DNA from: Vicinamibacteria bacterium
Lineage (GTDB): Bacteria; Acidobacteriota; Vicinamibacteria; Fen-336; JAGNNV01
Assembly: GCA_019694155.1 (NCBI GenBank)
Contig: JAIBCN010000002.1
Coordinates: 7,768-71,767 of the forward strand
Direction of reading: 5' to 3'
Length of the DNA: 64,000 nucleotides
The translations under genes and the position numbers were made by a program. The notes beneath the pieces were generated by a model, which did no database searches, was not told the DNA's origin, and worked only from the letters and a program-made list of their open reading frames with translations. Of this stretch, positions 1-12,572 are shown piece after piece (position 1 is the stretch's first letter; each line of letters opens with the position of its first letter).

Positions 1-726
<726 letters not shown>

Positions 727-840
727 AACTGTGAGTGACTCTCGCCTGGTCATCCGAGAGTCAAAGAGCTCTTACGAGCCCCCTTTGTCTTCAAGGCTAA
801 AAACGCTTTTGAAACTCAAAAAATTGCGTGTGCTTGTCTA

Positions 841-853
841 GTTTTCAAAGAAC
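841..853 (-). promoter_or_regulatory. rrn antitermination boxA
   Basis: GTTCTTTGAAAAC on the minus strand, between the promoter and the 16S start. Confidence 0.85.
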
Positions 854-877
854 CGTCCGCCGTTTGGGGACCCAGCC

Positions 878-907
878 AGAATATCGAAAACGGGCTGGGT
901 GAGTCAA
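878..907 (-). promoter_or_regulatory. sigma70-type rRNA promoter
   Basis: TTGACT-N18-TATTCT on the minus strand, about 25 nt upstream of boxA. Confidence 0.7.
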
Positions 908-1139
908 GGCTTTGCTGGAGATTTCTCGGAACGAGGCCGGTGCGAAAACTGGCGCGGACACCACCGGACGGACCTTCAACCACCCCTTGTGGTTGTCGGG
1001 ACGGCGGCCCCCATTTGGGGACCCGGCGAGGCGGTCGAAAAAATCTTGCGGCCCCTAGGAATGGGGCGAAAGGAGAACGCCAAAGGAGCCCTTCCAGCTT
1101 TGATCGCCTGGAAAAAAGGCTCCGCAACCCGCTCACCAG

Positions 1140-1171
1140 GAAAAAAGAAGGACAACCCAACAGGGATGTCC
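1140..1171 (-). terminator. Intrinsic terminator after purN
   Basis: GGACATCCC-TGTT-GGGTTGTCC hairpin (one mismatch) followed by TTCTTTTTT on the minus strand, 26 nt after the purN stop. Confidence 0.7.
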
Positions 1172-1197
1172 ATTGTATTCCTCTGAAAAGGCGTCGG

Positions 1198-1797
1198 TTA
1201 CGTCAGCAATTTGACCGTCCGGCCCTGGATCGCGAAGGCCCCCCGCGCGACGATGTCAAGCGCCTTTGGATATATCCGGTGCTCCATATCCAGAATTCGC
1301 GAAGAGAGTGTCTCCTCAGTGTCGTCGTGTGCCACCGGGACGGGCTCCTGCAGGATGATCGGACCGGTATCCAGGCCCGCGTCCACGAAATGAACCGTCG
1401 CCCCAGACCAGCGAACGCCAGCCTCCAGAGCCTGCTTCTGGGCATGCATTCCCGGGAAGGCGGGGAGCATGGAGGGGTGGATGTTCAGGATCGGTCGCTG
1501 TAGTGAGTCGATGAAGGCTGGGGTCAGGCGGCGCATGTAACCAGCGAGGCAAACGACCTCTATCGAGCGGGAAGCCAGCAACGCCACTATGGCGCGCTCG
1601 TGGGTTTCCCGATCAACGCCTCGACTGGGGACGCAGACCGCCTCTACGGACGCCTCGCGCGCCAGACCGATGGCGCCGCAGCCCTCGATATTTGTTACAG
1701 CCAGGGTCACGCGATACGAGGAATAGTCGGCTTGCGCCGCGAGGAGCGCTCCGAGATTGCTGCCCCTGCCGCTCGCCAGAACTGCGACTCGCCTCAC
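1198..1797 (-). CDS. purN: Phosphoribosylglycinamide formyltransferase
   Basis: VAVLASGRGSNL, LNIHPSMLPAFPG and GATVHFVDAGLDTGPII motifs; overlaps the purM stop. Confidence 0.97.
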   Translation of the reverse strand: MRRVAVLASGRGSNLGALLAAQADYSSYRVTLAVTNIEGCGAIGLAREASVEAVCVPSRGVDRETHERAIVALLASRSIEVVCLAGYMRRLTPAFIDSLQRPILNIHPSMLPAFPGMHAQKQALEAGVRWSGATVHFVDAGLDTGPIILQEPVPVAHDDTEETLSSRILDMEHRIYPKALDIVARGAFAIQGRTVKLLT

Positions 1798-2813
1798 TCG
1801 AGGGTAACGCCCTCACCTGCAACGATCTCGCCGATCCTGAACGGGGTCTCCCCGCGCGCACGGAGGGAGGACTCGAGCTGCGCGGCGATGTCTCTCCCTG
1901 CCACCAGGATCATGCCGATCCCCATGTTGAAGGTCCGGAACATTTCGTCCCGGGCGACCGGGCCACCCTCGGCGATGAGACTGAAGATCGGCGGCACTGG
2001 CCAGGCCGAAGTCTCGATCCGCGCGCCGACTCCCTTGGGGAGGACTCGGGGGAGGTTGCCCTCAAAACCACCGCCCGTAATGTGACTGAGCGCCTTGATC
2101 CGATCCTGCTGGAGCTCCGGCCAGAGGGCCCCGAAGTAGCTCCGGTGTGGCGCCAGGAGCGCCTCTCCTACGGTGCCTGGAAGCGACGCCGGACGGTCGC
2201 TGACCTTCAGCCCCTGCTTCTCGAGAAGGACCTTCCGGGCGAGGGAGTAGCCATTTGTGTGAAGCCCGAGGGAGGGAAGGCCCAAGAGGAGATCACCCGG
2301 AACCACGTCCGCGCGGGGGAGGACCCTCGCTTTGTCCGCGGCCCCGACAATGAAACCCGCGAGGTCGTAGTCATCCGCGGCATATGTGCCGGGCATTTCG
2401 GCCGTCTCGCCGCCGATCAACGGGCAGGAGAACTCCTCGCAAGCACGAGCGATGCCCCTGACAATTAACTCGACCCGAGCGGGATCCATTCTGCCGAGGG
2501 CGATGTAGTCAAGGAAGAACAAGGGCCTCGCGCCCTGCACGAGTATGTCGTTGACACAATGGGCCACGAGATCGTAGCCAACGGTGTCATGAACGCCGCA
2601 GTCACGGGCAATTCGTATCTTGGTGCCCACGCCATCGGTGGAGGAAACGAGAACGGGCTCCTTCATCCCCGAGAAATCGGGCTGAAACACGCCGCCGAAT
2701 GAGCCGATCTCGGAAAGTACAGAGGCTGATTTCCTGGACGACAGGAGACGTTTGATCCGCTCCTTCGCGTCGTCCGCGGCAGCAATGTCGACGCCCGCGG
2801 CGCGGTAGTCCAA
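1794..2813 (-). CDS. purM: Phosphoribosylformylglycinamidine cyclo-ligase (AIR synthetase)
   Basis: MDYRAAGVDI, STDGVGTK, GGETAEMPG, GLHTNGYSL and HITGGG motifs; TTG start. Confidence 0.97.
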   Translation of the reverse strand: MDYRAAGVDIAAADDAKERIKRLLSSRKSASVLSEIGSFGGVFQPDFSGMKEPVLVSSTDGVGTKIRIARDCGVHDTVGYDLVAHCVNDILVQGARPLFFLDYIALGRMDPARVELIVRGIARACEEFSCPLIGGETAEMPGTYAADDYDLAGFIVGAADKARVLPRADVVPGDLLLGLPSLGLHTNGYSLARKVLLEKQGLKVSDRPASLPGTVGEALLAPHRSYFGALWPELQQDRIKALSHITGGGFEGNLPRVLPKGVGARIETSAWPVPPIFSLIAEGGPVARDEMFRTFNMGIGMILVAGRDIAAQLESSLRARGETPFRIGEIVAGEGVTLE

Positions 2814-2842
2814 GGGTTCGGCTCCTTCTCGGGTGTGAACGG

Positions 2843-4759
2843 CTAGCGGACGCTGGCGAACGCCTCTGCGTTCCGGGTGATCGGATAGCGATCGGTCAGG
2901 GTCTGCAGGTAGCTTGAAAACAGGCGGTCCTTCTTGGCCGCGACGAGAGACTCGCGGATGGAGTCCCGCTGCTGTGCAAGCGCCGTCTCGTCGGACGACT
3001 TCTTCTCGAGCACGCGCACGATCGCGACGCCCGAAGGCGTATCCAACGGTGGAGAGAGCTTCTTCTCTCCGAGTTCGAACGCCTGATCTTCGAGGATCGA
3101 GCCCTGGGGCACCTCGGTGAATGCCTGGCCGCGGCCTACGAGCCCTTTCGTCACCACTCTGGTCAATTTGGCGCGGGTTGCCGCCTTGGTCAGGTCGCTG
3201 CGCTCGGCGTCGGCCGCGAGAGCTTTGGCTGCTTCGCGGGCTTTTTCGCGCGCCTGGAATTTGATCAGGTCCTTCTTCACATCGTCCCTGACTTCTGAGA
3301 GTTCCGGGAGTTTTGAAGGAAGGATCTCTTCGAGGCGTATGAATGCGGCGCCGGCGCCGGCGGGAAATCCGTCTTTGGATGTCTCCTTGGCCTTGAGCTC
3401 GAACGCGCTGGACAGCAGCACGGGACTGGTCAGGGGGCCGGAACCCTTGCCGAGCTGCAAAGGCTCGCTCTTCTTGACCGTGAGGCCCTGGGCGCTCGCG
3501 ATCTGCTCCAGGCTTTGGTTCCCTTTGAGGGCCGCTGCCACAGCTTCGGCCTTCTGGGAAGCGAGTTCTCGGGACTTCGAATCCTGCAGCTGCGCCTCGA
3601 TGCGCTTCCGCGCCTGTTCGAGGGGTTGGGTAGTCCCAGGGAGGGTGGTGTCGACCTTGATGATGTGATAGCCGAAAGAGGTCTTCACCACGTCGGAAAT
3701 AGCGCCCGGCTGCAGACCGAAGGCAACGGCCGAAAACTCGGGGACCATCTGTTCGCGGGCGAAGCAGCCCAGGCTTCCTCCATTCGCCGCCGATGAATCT
3801 TCGGATTTCTCCTTCGCCACTTTCTCGAAGGCCTCACCCGCCTTGAGTCGGGCCAGGGCTGCTTCGGCGAGTGTCTTCGCCTCGACATCCTCGTGTCCCT
3901 CCGTGGCCGCAGCTCCCTGCTTGACCTTCACCAGAATGTGTCGGCCGCAAACCTGGGGAGGGGTCGCGAATTCCGCCGGGTTTGCACGATAGTAGTTCTC
4001 GATCTCCGACCCGGTGGGCAGCACCTTCGCCCGGAGTTCAATCGGGTCCACGAGCAGGTAGGAGAGCACCCGGCGCTCGGGCAGCCGAAAGCGCTCCTTG
4101 TTGGCCTCGAAACGGGCCTTGATTTCGTCGTCGGTGGGTTGAATAGCCGCCTCGAACTGCGAGGTCGGGATATGGACGTACTCGGCGTGAATCAGCTCGC
4201 TCCGGCGCCGGAACTCCGTGCTCACCTCGGCATCCGACACCCGTACGCCATCCGTGACCACTTCGCGCAGTCGCTGGGCCTTCAGCTGCTTTCGCACCTC
4301 GTTCTCGAAATCAGCCACGGTCATTCCCTGCTGCTGGAGCAGTCGGGCGAGGGTGGCCGAGCCCACGAAACGCCCCGCGGTCTGAAGCTGGGGGTCCTCG
4401 GTTATCGCCTTTATCACCGCCTGGTCATCCACCTGGAAGCCCAGCCGATCCGCCTCCAGCGCCTCGAGTTCCGCGCGGACCATGGTGGAGAGGACCTGCT
4501 CTCGCAGCCCCATGCGCTCCAGCATCGATTCGTCGATCTGACCCTGGTTCATGGCCAGAAACTGTCTCCGCTGCCTCAAGTACTGCTTCTGGAACTCGTT
4601 CGCCTGGATGGGCCGGCCCCCTACCGTCGCGACCGCGGCGTCCGCCAAACGGGTGGCGGGATCGAGGTTCGGGATGTAGAGAATCACGAACGCGAGAATC
4701 ACTACCCAGAGAAATACGAAAAACCAGCGCCGGTGACGCCGCAGAAATGCGAGGGCCAT
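2843..4759 (-). CDS. ppiD: PpiD-like membrane-anchored peptidyl-prolyl isomerase/chaperone (SurA-N plus parvulin)
   Basis: N-terminal TM helix, SurA_N-like domain, parvulin motifs (HILVK, SEDSSAANGGSLG, VKTSFGYHIIKV); 638 aa. Confidence 0.85.
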   Translation of the reverse strand: MALAFLRRHRRWFFVFLWVVILAFVILYIPNLDPATRLADAAVATVGGRPIQANEFQKQYLRQRRQFLAMNQGQIDESMLERMGLREQVLSTMVRAELEALEADRLGFQVDDQAVIKAITEDPQLQTAGRFVGSATLARLLQQQGMTVADFENEVRKQLKAQRLREVVTDGVRVSDAEVSTEFRRRSELIHAEYVHIPTSQFEAAIQPTDDEIKARFEANKERFRLPERRVLSYLLVDPIELRAKVLPTGSEIENYYRANPAEFATPPQVCGRHILVKVKQGAAATEGHEDVEAKTLAEAALARLKAGEAFEKVAKEKSEDSSAANGGSLGCFAREQMVPEFSAVAFGLQPGAISDVVKTSFGYHIIKVDTTLPGTTQPLEQARKRIEAQLQDSKSRELASQKAEAVAAALKGNQSLEQIASAQGLTVKKSEPLQLGKGSGPLTSPVLLSSAFELKAKETSKDGFPAGAGAAFIRLEEILPSKLPELSEVRDDVKKDLIKFQAREKAREAAKALAADAERSDLTKAATRAKLTRVVTKGLVGRGQAFTEVPQGSILEDQAFELGEKKLSPPLDTPSGVAIVRVLEKKSSDETALAQQRDSIRESLVAAKKDRLFSSYLQTLTDRYPITRNAEAFASVR

Positions 4760-4956
4760 CAGAGAGTCAACTCCAGATCTCGAAAAGGGAACGAAAGACC
4801 GGCCAATGGCGGGAAGCCGAGGACTCGATCGAACCTATAGGCAAAGGGTCGTCGAGTATACTTCGCCCTTCCGTTTCGGGAATGACTCTGGTTGCTTTCC
4901 GGAGATAATTTCCCTGTTTCGCGGCTTCTCGTGTGACCTTTCGAAAGGACTCCCCA

Positions 4957-6195
4957 GTGTCCAACGTCAACGTGCCCTCGGGCCCGGGGGATCGCCGCCT
5001 TCGGGTCTGGCGTCTTCTCGGGGCCATCGCGCTTCTGATCGCGGCGTTGTTGCTGGGCTACTCCTTCCTGCAAGACAAGCCGTCGGCTCCAACCACCGCC
5101 GCCGAGGCTCCGAAGGACATAGCCGCGAGTTTCGCGTCCATCCAGGGCAATGTGAAGACGCGGGGCGTCGGCGGGCTGGATTGGAGGACGGCCGAGATCC
5201 GCGTTCCGCTGCGGAAGAGCGACCTTGTGCGGACCTACCCCTCCTCTTCCGCCGAGATCAAGTTCTTCGATGAGACGCGTGTCACCGTTCGCCCGGACAG
5301 CCTGATCACCATCGAAGAGACGTCCAAGGATCCCAATTCCACTTCGAGCAAAGTCGCCTGGAAGGTGTCTTCGGGGGAGATCAACTACGAAACAACCCAG
5401 AAGAGCGGCGGTTCGACCGAGGCCGTCACACCCACCTTCAGGCTCGCCCTCGAGGGGAATTCCGCGGGGACAATGCGGGTGGGAGAGGGCGGCCTGACCG
5501 CGGTCGCTCAGCTCGCGGGAGCGGCCAACATCGAGACCAAGACCGGGCAGAAGATCCGACTGACGGCCAACGAAGGCCTCAAGGTCGACGCCACGGGAAA
5601 GGCGGGTGCGAAGCAGGTGCTTCCAGATGCGCCAACCGCCGCGGGGCCGGGCGGGGCCTCCGGCCTGCTGTCGCTCGCGGAGGGCGCGCCGGTACCGCTG
5701 TCATGGTCGGCCTCCGCAGGAGCGTCGGCTTACCGTGTCCAGATCGAAGCCAAGAGCGGCGCCGGGCGAGAAGTCGTCTTCGATCAGAACGGTCTGAAGG
5801 GCACAGCCGCCAGCATCCCCGGTCTTTCGGCAGGCGAATTCACCTTCCGGGTCGCTGGTCTGACCGACGACGGCGTCCAGGGGAAGTTCTCCGGCGCCGT
5901 CACCTTCCGGGTCGAGCGGGTCGCGCCGCCACGCCCGCCCGCCAACGCGCCCGCGCCCGCATTGGTGATCGAAGCGTTCGAGGCCCGGAACAATGTGCTC
6001 CGGCTCGTCGGGAAGACGGAGCCGGGGGCCAAGCTCACGGTCAACGGAGACCCGGTCACTGTGCAGCCCGATGGCTCGTTCCGCGAATTCGTCACCCTCG
6101 CCCGGAAGCAGGGAGAGCAAAGAGTCGTGATCCGGTCGACATCCGCGTCGGGCGGGGTCGCCGAAGAAACGCGAACTCTGCCCCCGGGTCAGTAG
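4957..6195 (+). CDS. Membrane-anchored FecR-domain protein with C-terminal FN3/Ig-like beta-sandwich domains
   Basis: TM segment (LLGAIALLIAALLLG), FecR-like DLVRTYPSSSAEIKFFDETRVTVRPDS, FN3-like LSWSAS..YRVQI and final GKTEPGAKLTVNG Ig domain; GTG at 4957 has AAAGGA upstream. Confidence 0.7.
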   Translation: MSNVNVPSGPGDRRLRVWRLLGAIALLIAALLLGYSFLQDKPSAPTTAAEAPKDIAASFASIQGNVKTRGVGGLDWRTAEIRVPLRKSDLVRTYPSSSAEIKFFDETRVTVRPDSLITIEETSKDPNSTSSKVAWKVSSGEINYETTQKSGGSTEAVTPTFRLALEGNSAGTMRVGEGGLTAVAQLAGAANIETKTGQKIRLTANEGLKVDATGKAGAKQVLPDAPTAAGPGGASGLLSLAEGAPVPLSWSASAGASAYRVQIEAKSGAGREVVFDQNGLKGTAASIPGLSAGEFTFRVAGLTDDGVQGKFSGAVTFRVERVAPPRPPANAPAPALVIEAFEARNNVLRLVGKTEPGAKLTVNGDPVTVQPDGSFREFVTLARKQGEQRVVIRSTSASGGVAEETRTLPPGQ

Positions 6196-6220
6196 CCAAA
6201 GTCAGGGACACAAAGGCGCG

Positions 6221-8256
<2,036 letters not shown>

Positions 8257-8332
8257 GAGGCTTCCTCCCTTGGTGGATCTGGCGACCCGCCGTTTTCGGG
8301 GCAGGACGTCCTAAGCCCGGCGAAGAATCACC

Positions 8333-9208
8333 ATGGACTCTCTGGTTGCGGGCGGGCGAAATGAGAGTGCATCACTGCGCCGCTCCTGGATGTGGCTGCT
8401 GGCCTTCGTCATCTTTCACCTCGTGGCGATCTCCCGACAGGTGGATGTGGACGGCATTTCACTCTTCGAACGCACCGCACTCGCCTTCTTCGCCCCGATC
8501 CAGAACGCGCTTTCCTCGACGGCCGACGCGATGGTGGGAGCGTGGAGTTCGTTCGTGGACCTGCGGCGAGTGGGAGAGGAGAACGAGCTCCTGAAAGCCC
8601 GGCTGCGCGCCGCCGAGATGCAGCTCCTTTCTCAGCGGGCCGCGGTGGAGGAGAACGCGCGCCTGCGCGTCTTTCTTGAACTCAAGCCCCGGCTCCCCAT
8701 GGCCACGATCCTCGCCGACGTGGTGGCGAGAAACGCCTCACCCTGGTTCAGGACCATCTCCATCGACAAGGGCTCGGCGAATGGCGTCCTCCTCGGTGCT
8801 ACGGTTCTATCGCCCTCCGGCGTCCTCGGGCGCGTCATCACTGTCTCACCGAACTCCGCGAGCGTGCAGCTGCTCGTGGATCGAGACAGCGGCGCCGCCG
8901 TGCTGACGGAGAAGAGTCGGGTGGATGGCATCGTGTCGGGATTCCAGGACGAATCCGATGGGTCTCCGCTCCTTCTTATGAAGTACGTCCCCAGCCTGGC
9001 CACGGTGACGCCCGGGGAGGTCGTCGTCACGTCCGGGCTTGACCAGCTCTTCGAGAAAGGCCTCGTGGTCGGGACCGTGCTCCGGGTCTCCGAGCCCGTG
9101 GGTCTCTTCAAAGATGTCTGGGTGCGCCCCTCCGCCTCGCCCGCCTTCGCCGAGCAGGTTTTCGTCTCCCTGGTCCCGAGAAGCAGGGAGGAGGCGCCGC
9201 CTCAATGA
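8333..9208 (+). CDS. mreC: Rod shape-determining protein MreC
   Basis: TM helix, coiled coil, IDKGSANGV and GEVVVTSGL motifs; position after mreB. Confidence 0.93.
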   Translation: MDSLVAGGRNESASLRRSWMWLLAFVIFHLVAISRQVDVDGISLFERTALAFFAPIQNALSSTADAMVGAWSSFVDLRRVGEENELLKARLRAAEMQLLSQRAAVEENARLRVFLELKPRLPMATILADVVARNASPWFRTISIDKGSANGVLLGATVLSPSGVLGRVITVSPNSASVQLLVDRDSGAAVLTEKSRVDGIVSGFQDESDGSPLLLMKYVPSLATVTPGEVVVTSGLDQLFEKGLVVGTVLRVSEPVGLFKDVWVRPSASPAFAEQVFVSLVPRSREEAPPQ

Positions 9209-9684
9209 AGGCCAATCTCATCGCGCTTGCTCTCCTTGTCTTCGCGCTGCTCCTTCAGAGCGCGCTCAGCCGGTTCCTTCCCGTGAGCGCCTACGTCGAT
9301 CTGCCCCTGGTGGTCGCAACCTGGTTCGCCCTCTCGCGTGGCGAGATCCTGGGGATGGTCGGGGGATCGCTTTCCGGGTGGATGACCGAGGTCCTCTTCG
9401 GCCGCGGAATCAAGGGGGTGTCGGGGTTGATCCGGCTCGTGATCGGCTTCGCTCTCGGCCTTCTGGGGTCCCGCCTTCTCATCACGGGCGCGCTGCCGCG
9501 ATTCTCTCTTCTTCTCACCGTGACCGTCATCGACACGCGCGCCTTCGAGTGGATCGCGCCCGCCTTCGGCATGTCCCCGGTCCAGTACTCGCCCGCGGCC
9601 ATGACCATTCGCGGGTCCATCAACGCGATGGTAGGACTGGTCCTGTTCGCGCTGTTCGAGCGTCAGCGAGCGAAGCCCGCATGA
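9205..9684 (+). CDS. mreD: Rod shape-determining protein MreD
   Basis: 159 aa polytopic membrane protein between mreC and mrdA, overlapping both by 4 nt. Confidence 0.85.
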   Translation: MKANLIALALLVFALLLQSALSRFLPVSAYVDLPLVVATWFALSRGEILGMVGGSLSGWMTEVLFGRGIKGVSGLIRLVIGFALGLLGSRLLITGALPRFSLLLTVTVIDTRAFEWIAPAFGMSPVQYSPAAMTIRGSINAMVGLVLFALFERQRAKPA

Positions 9685-11483
9685 AGATCTACGAAGACCT
9701 TCGCTCGACTCAGCAACGCCTCGACGGACTTCAGAACGGCCTTCTGGTCCTGGTGGCGCTCCTGCTCCTCCAGTTCTGGTTCCTCCAGGGCGTCAATTCG
9801 AGAAAGTACCGTGAGCTCGCCGAGAACAACCGGATTCGGACCTTGAGCATCGCCGCACCCAGAGGCACCCTCACGGACCGCAACGGCCACATCCTCGCCG
9901 AGAACAAGCCGGCCTTCAAGATCGTGGTCACCATGGGCCCGTCGGGCTCGGTCGAGGGCATTTCGCGATCGCTGGCTTCCCTCCTCAAGATCGATGAGGC
10001 GGAGATCCGGCAGAAGCTCGGCAAGCCGCGCGCGGCGTATCAGCCCGTCACCATCAAGCCGAAGGCCACTTTCGAGGATGTCGCCGCCGTCGAATCGCGC
10101 CGCCTCGAAATGCCCGAGGTCAGCGTCGAGGTGGTGCCCGTCCGCTCCTACCCGCAAGCGCGAAGCGCCGCCCACGTCGTCGGGAGGGTCGGCGAGGTCA
10201 CGGACCGCCAGCTCAAGCAGCCGGCCTTCGCCGACTTCGAGCCGGGACGGGTCGTGGGCCAGTCGGGCCTGGAAGCCCTGTACAACGAGGATCTCACCGG
10301 CACCGACGGACTCCGCCGGGTGGTGGTGAACAGTCGGGGGGTCGAAGTGTCGCTTTCCGAAGACCAGCCGGCGCGGGCGGGGGGCGCGGTTGAGCTCACG
10401 CTCGCCGCGGACCTGCAGGCCGCCATGGAAGAGGCGTTCAAGGATCGCGCGGGGAGCGCGGTCGCTCTCGACCCTCTGACGGGAGAGATCCTGGGCCTCG
10501 TGTCGTCGCCGGCTTTCGACCCCAACAACTTCAGTTCCGGCATCGAGCGGACGCTCTGGGAAAGCCTGATGCGGGATCCTGAGACGCCGCTGTTCAACCG
10601 TGCGGTCCAGGGCCAGTACGCGCCTGGGAGCCTCTTCAAGGTTGTGGTCGCGGCGGCGGGCCTCGAAGAGGGCCTCATCACTCCCGAGACCACGGTGTTT
10701 TGCCCGGGATACGCTTCCATCTACGGTCACGTCTTCAAGTGCAATCGCCCAGCCGGCCACGGGCTTGTCTCGCTGGGCCGCGCTCTCGGCGAGTCGTGCA
10801 ACGTGTTCTTCTATCAGCTCGGAGCGCGGCTGGAAATCCAGCGGCTTGCCGCCTACGCGAGAAGGTTCGGACTGGGCGGCGTCACCGGCGTCGATCTTCC
10901 GAACGAGGCTCCGGGGCTGATTCCCGATCCGGCCTGGAAGGAGCGTGCTCTGAAGGCGCCGTGGTACCCCGGAGAGACTGTTTCCGTTTCCATCGGTCAG
11001 GGCCAGGTCCTGGCGACGCCGCTCCAGATGGCCCGGATGATGGCGGTGATCGCAAACGGCGGGCGGCTCGTTCAGCCGCACATCGTGAGGCTCGTCTCGG
11101 GCCGGCCCGTGACCTACGAGTCTCCGCGCGCCCTGGGATTCAAGCCGTCGACTCTCGCCGCGATCCGCCGCGGCCTCTTCATGGCCGTGAATTCCGGCGG
11201 CTCGGCCCAGCGCGCGCAGATCTCCGATCTGGTGGTCGCGGGCAAGACCGGGTCCGCGCAAGTGGTTTCGTCCGCGAAACTCAAGAAGGACATCGATACC
11301 ATTCAGCCGAGAGCCTGGTTCGCGGGCTTCGCCCCTCTGGACAATCCACGCATCGCCCTCGCGGTGCTGGTCGACCATGGAGGCAGCGGCGGCATGGCGG
11401 CGGCGCCGGTGGCGCTCTCGATACTCGAGAAGTTCTTCGGACGCGAGCACGTGGATGTGCTCGCGAAGAAGGTAACCCCCTAA
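9681..11483 (+). CDS. mrdA: Penicillin-binding protein 2 (elongation transpeptidase)
   Basis: True start is the ATG at 9681 (the ORF track over-extends it); SxxK (SLFK), SxN (SCN) and KTG motifs. Confidence 0.95.
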   Translation: MKIYEDLRSTQQRLDGLQNGLLVLVALLLLQFWFLQGVNSRKYRELAENNRIRTLSIAAPRGTLTDRNGHILAENKPAFKIVVTMGPSGSVEGISRSLASLLKIDEAEIRQKLGKPRAAYQPVTIKPKATFEDVAAVESRRLEMPEVSVEVVPVRSYPQARSAAHVVGRVGEVTDRQLKQPAFADFEPGRVVGQSGLEALYNEDLTGTDGLRRVVVNSRGVEVSLSEDQPARAGGAVELTLAADLQAAMEEAFKDRAGSAVALDPLTGEILGLVSSPAFDPNNFSSGIERTLWESLMRDPETPLFNRAVQGQYAPGSLFKVVVAAAGLEEGLITPETTVFCPGYASIYGHVFKCNRPAGHGLVSLGRALGESCNVFFYQLGARLEIQRLAAYARRFGLGGVTGVDLPNEAPGLIPDPAWKERALKAPWYPGETVSVSIGQGQVLATPLQMARMMAVIANGGRLVQPHIVRLVSGRPVTYESPRALGFKPSTLAAIRRGLFMAVNSGGSAQRAQISDLVVAGKTGSAQVVSSAKLKKDIDTIQPRAWFAGFAPLDNPRIALAVLVDHGGSGGMAAAPVALSILEKFFGREHVDVLAKKVTP

Positions 11484-12572
11484 GTGTTGCGGCGGTTCTT
11501 CCAGGGGCTTGACTACCCGCTGCTCGGTCTCACCCTGCTGGTGAGCGGCCTCGGGGTGGCGATGATCAACAGCGCCACTCAGGGAACGAAGCTCCAGGGT
11601 CTCTGGATGGGCCAGCTGGGTGCTATCGGAATCGGCCTTCTCGTGTTGCTGGTGGTCGCCGCGACCGACTACCGCCGGCTCGCCGACCGGTCGCCGCTGC
11701 TCTTGGGCGCCACTCTCTTTCTCCTGCTCGCGACCCTGGCGCTCGCCCCTCGAATCGCCGGAACGCGGCGATGGCTGAGCCTCGGGCCGGTCCAGTTCCA
11801 GCCTTCCGAGTTCGCCAAAATTGTCGCCGCGCTGGTGATGGCCAAGCTGTTCTCGGAGATGAAGAAGGAAACTCTCGGACTTGCTGATCTGCTCGCGCCC
11901 GCCGCGGTGACCGGCGTCCTTGCCCTCACCATCGCGGCCGCGCCAGACCTGGGCACCGCCGTGTCTCTGGTTCCCATGTTTTTCGTCGGGGCATTTCTGG
12001 CCGGGCTTCGATACAAGTCGATCGCGATCCTGAGCGCCTTCCTGCTCGTCTTCGGCCTCATTTCCTGGGAATTCCTGCTGCGCGACTATCAGAAGGACCG
12101 GATCTACTCGTTCCTTGATCCTGACAAGGACCCAAGAGGGTCGGGCTATCAGAAGAAGCAGTCGCAGATCGCCGTTGGATCGGGGGGGCTCACGGGAAAG
12201 GGCTACGGCGAAGGAACTCAGACCCAGCTCGGATATCTCCCGGCCCGTCAGACCGATTTCATCTTCTCCGTGCTGGCCGAGGAATTCGGCTTCATGGGCG
12301 TCGTGGCGACACTCGGCCTCTATCTCGCCCTGCTCTGGAGGTGTCTCGACATCGCCCGGCTGGCGCGGGACCGGCTCGGCGCCATCCTCGTCGCCTGCCT
12401 TACCGCAACACTCACCTTCCAGGTTGTTTACAATGTCGGCATGGTGGCGGGTCTTCTCCCCGTCAAGGGCCTGCCCCTGCCGCTCATGAGCGCCGGTCGT
12501 TCTTCGGTGCTCGCGACATTTATTTCGATCGGCCTCATCCTCAGTGTCAGGATGCGCCGATTCGCCAATTGA
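11484..12572 (+). CDS. rodA: SEDS peptidoglycan glycosyltransferase RodA
   Basis: FQPSEFAK, PDLGTA, QSQIAVGSGG, TDFIFSVLAEEFG and GLPLPLMS motifs. Confidence 0.96.
   Translation: MLRRFFQGLDYPLLGLTLLVSGLGVAMINSATQGTKLQGLWMGQLGAIGIGLLVLLVVAATDYRRLADRSPLLLGATLFLLLATLALAPRIAGTRRWLSLGPVQFQPSEFAKIVAALVMAKLFSEMKKETLGLADLLAPAAVTGVLALTIAAAPDLGTAVSLVPMFFVGAFLAGLRYKSIAILSAFLLVFGLISWEFLLRDYQKDRIYSFLDPDKDPRGSGYQKKQSQIAVGSGGLTGKGYGEGTQTQLGYLPARQTDFIFSVLAEEFGFMGVVATLGLYLALLWRCLDIARLARDRLGAILVACLTATLTFQVVYNVGMVAGLLPVKGLPLPLMSAGRSSVLATFISIGLILSVRMRRFAN

Noticed and set aside
1014-1070. Second rRNA promoter (P1) upstream of the repeated TTTGGGGACCC
   Set aside because: No recognisable -10/-35 hexamers at the equivalent spacing; kept only as part of the structured-region finding.
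4780-4950. Possible c-di-GMP-I (GEMM) riboswitch upstream of the FecR/GGDEF genes (GGCAAA seen)
   Set aside because: The following GGCAAACC-GAAA stem and GACGCAAAGC core are absent.
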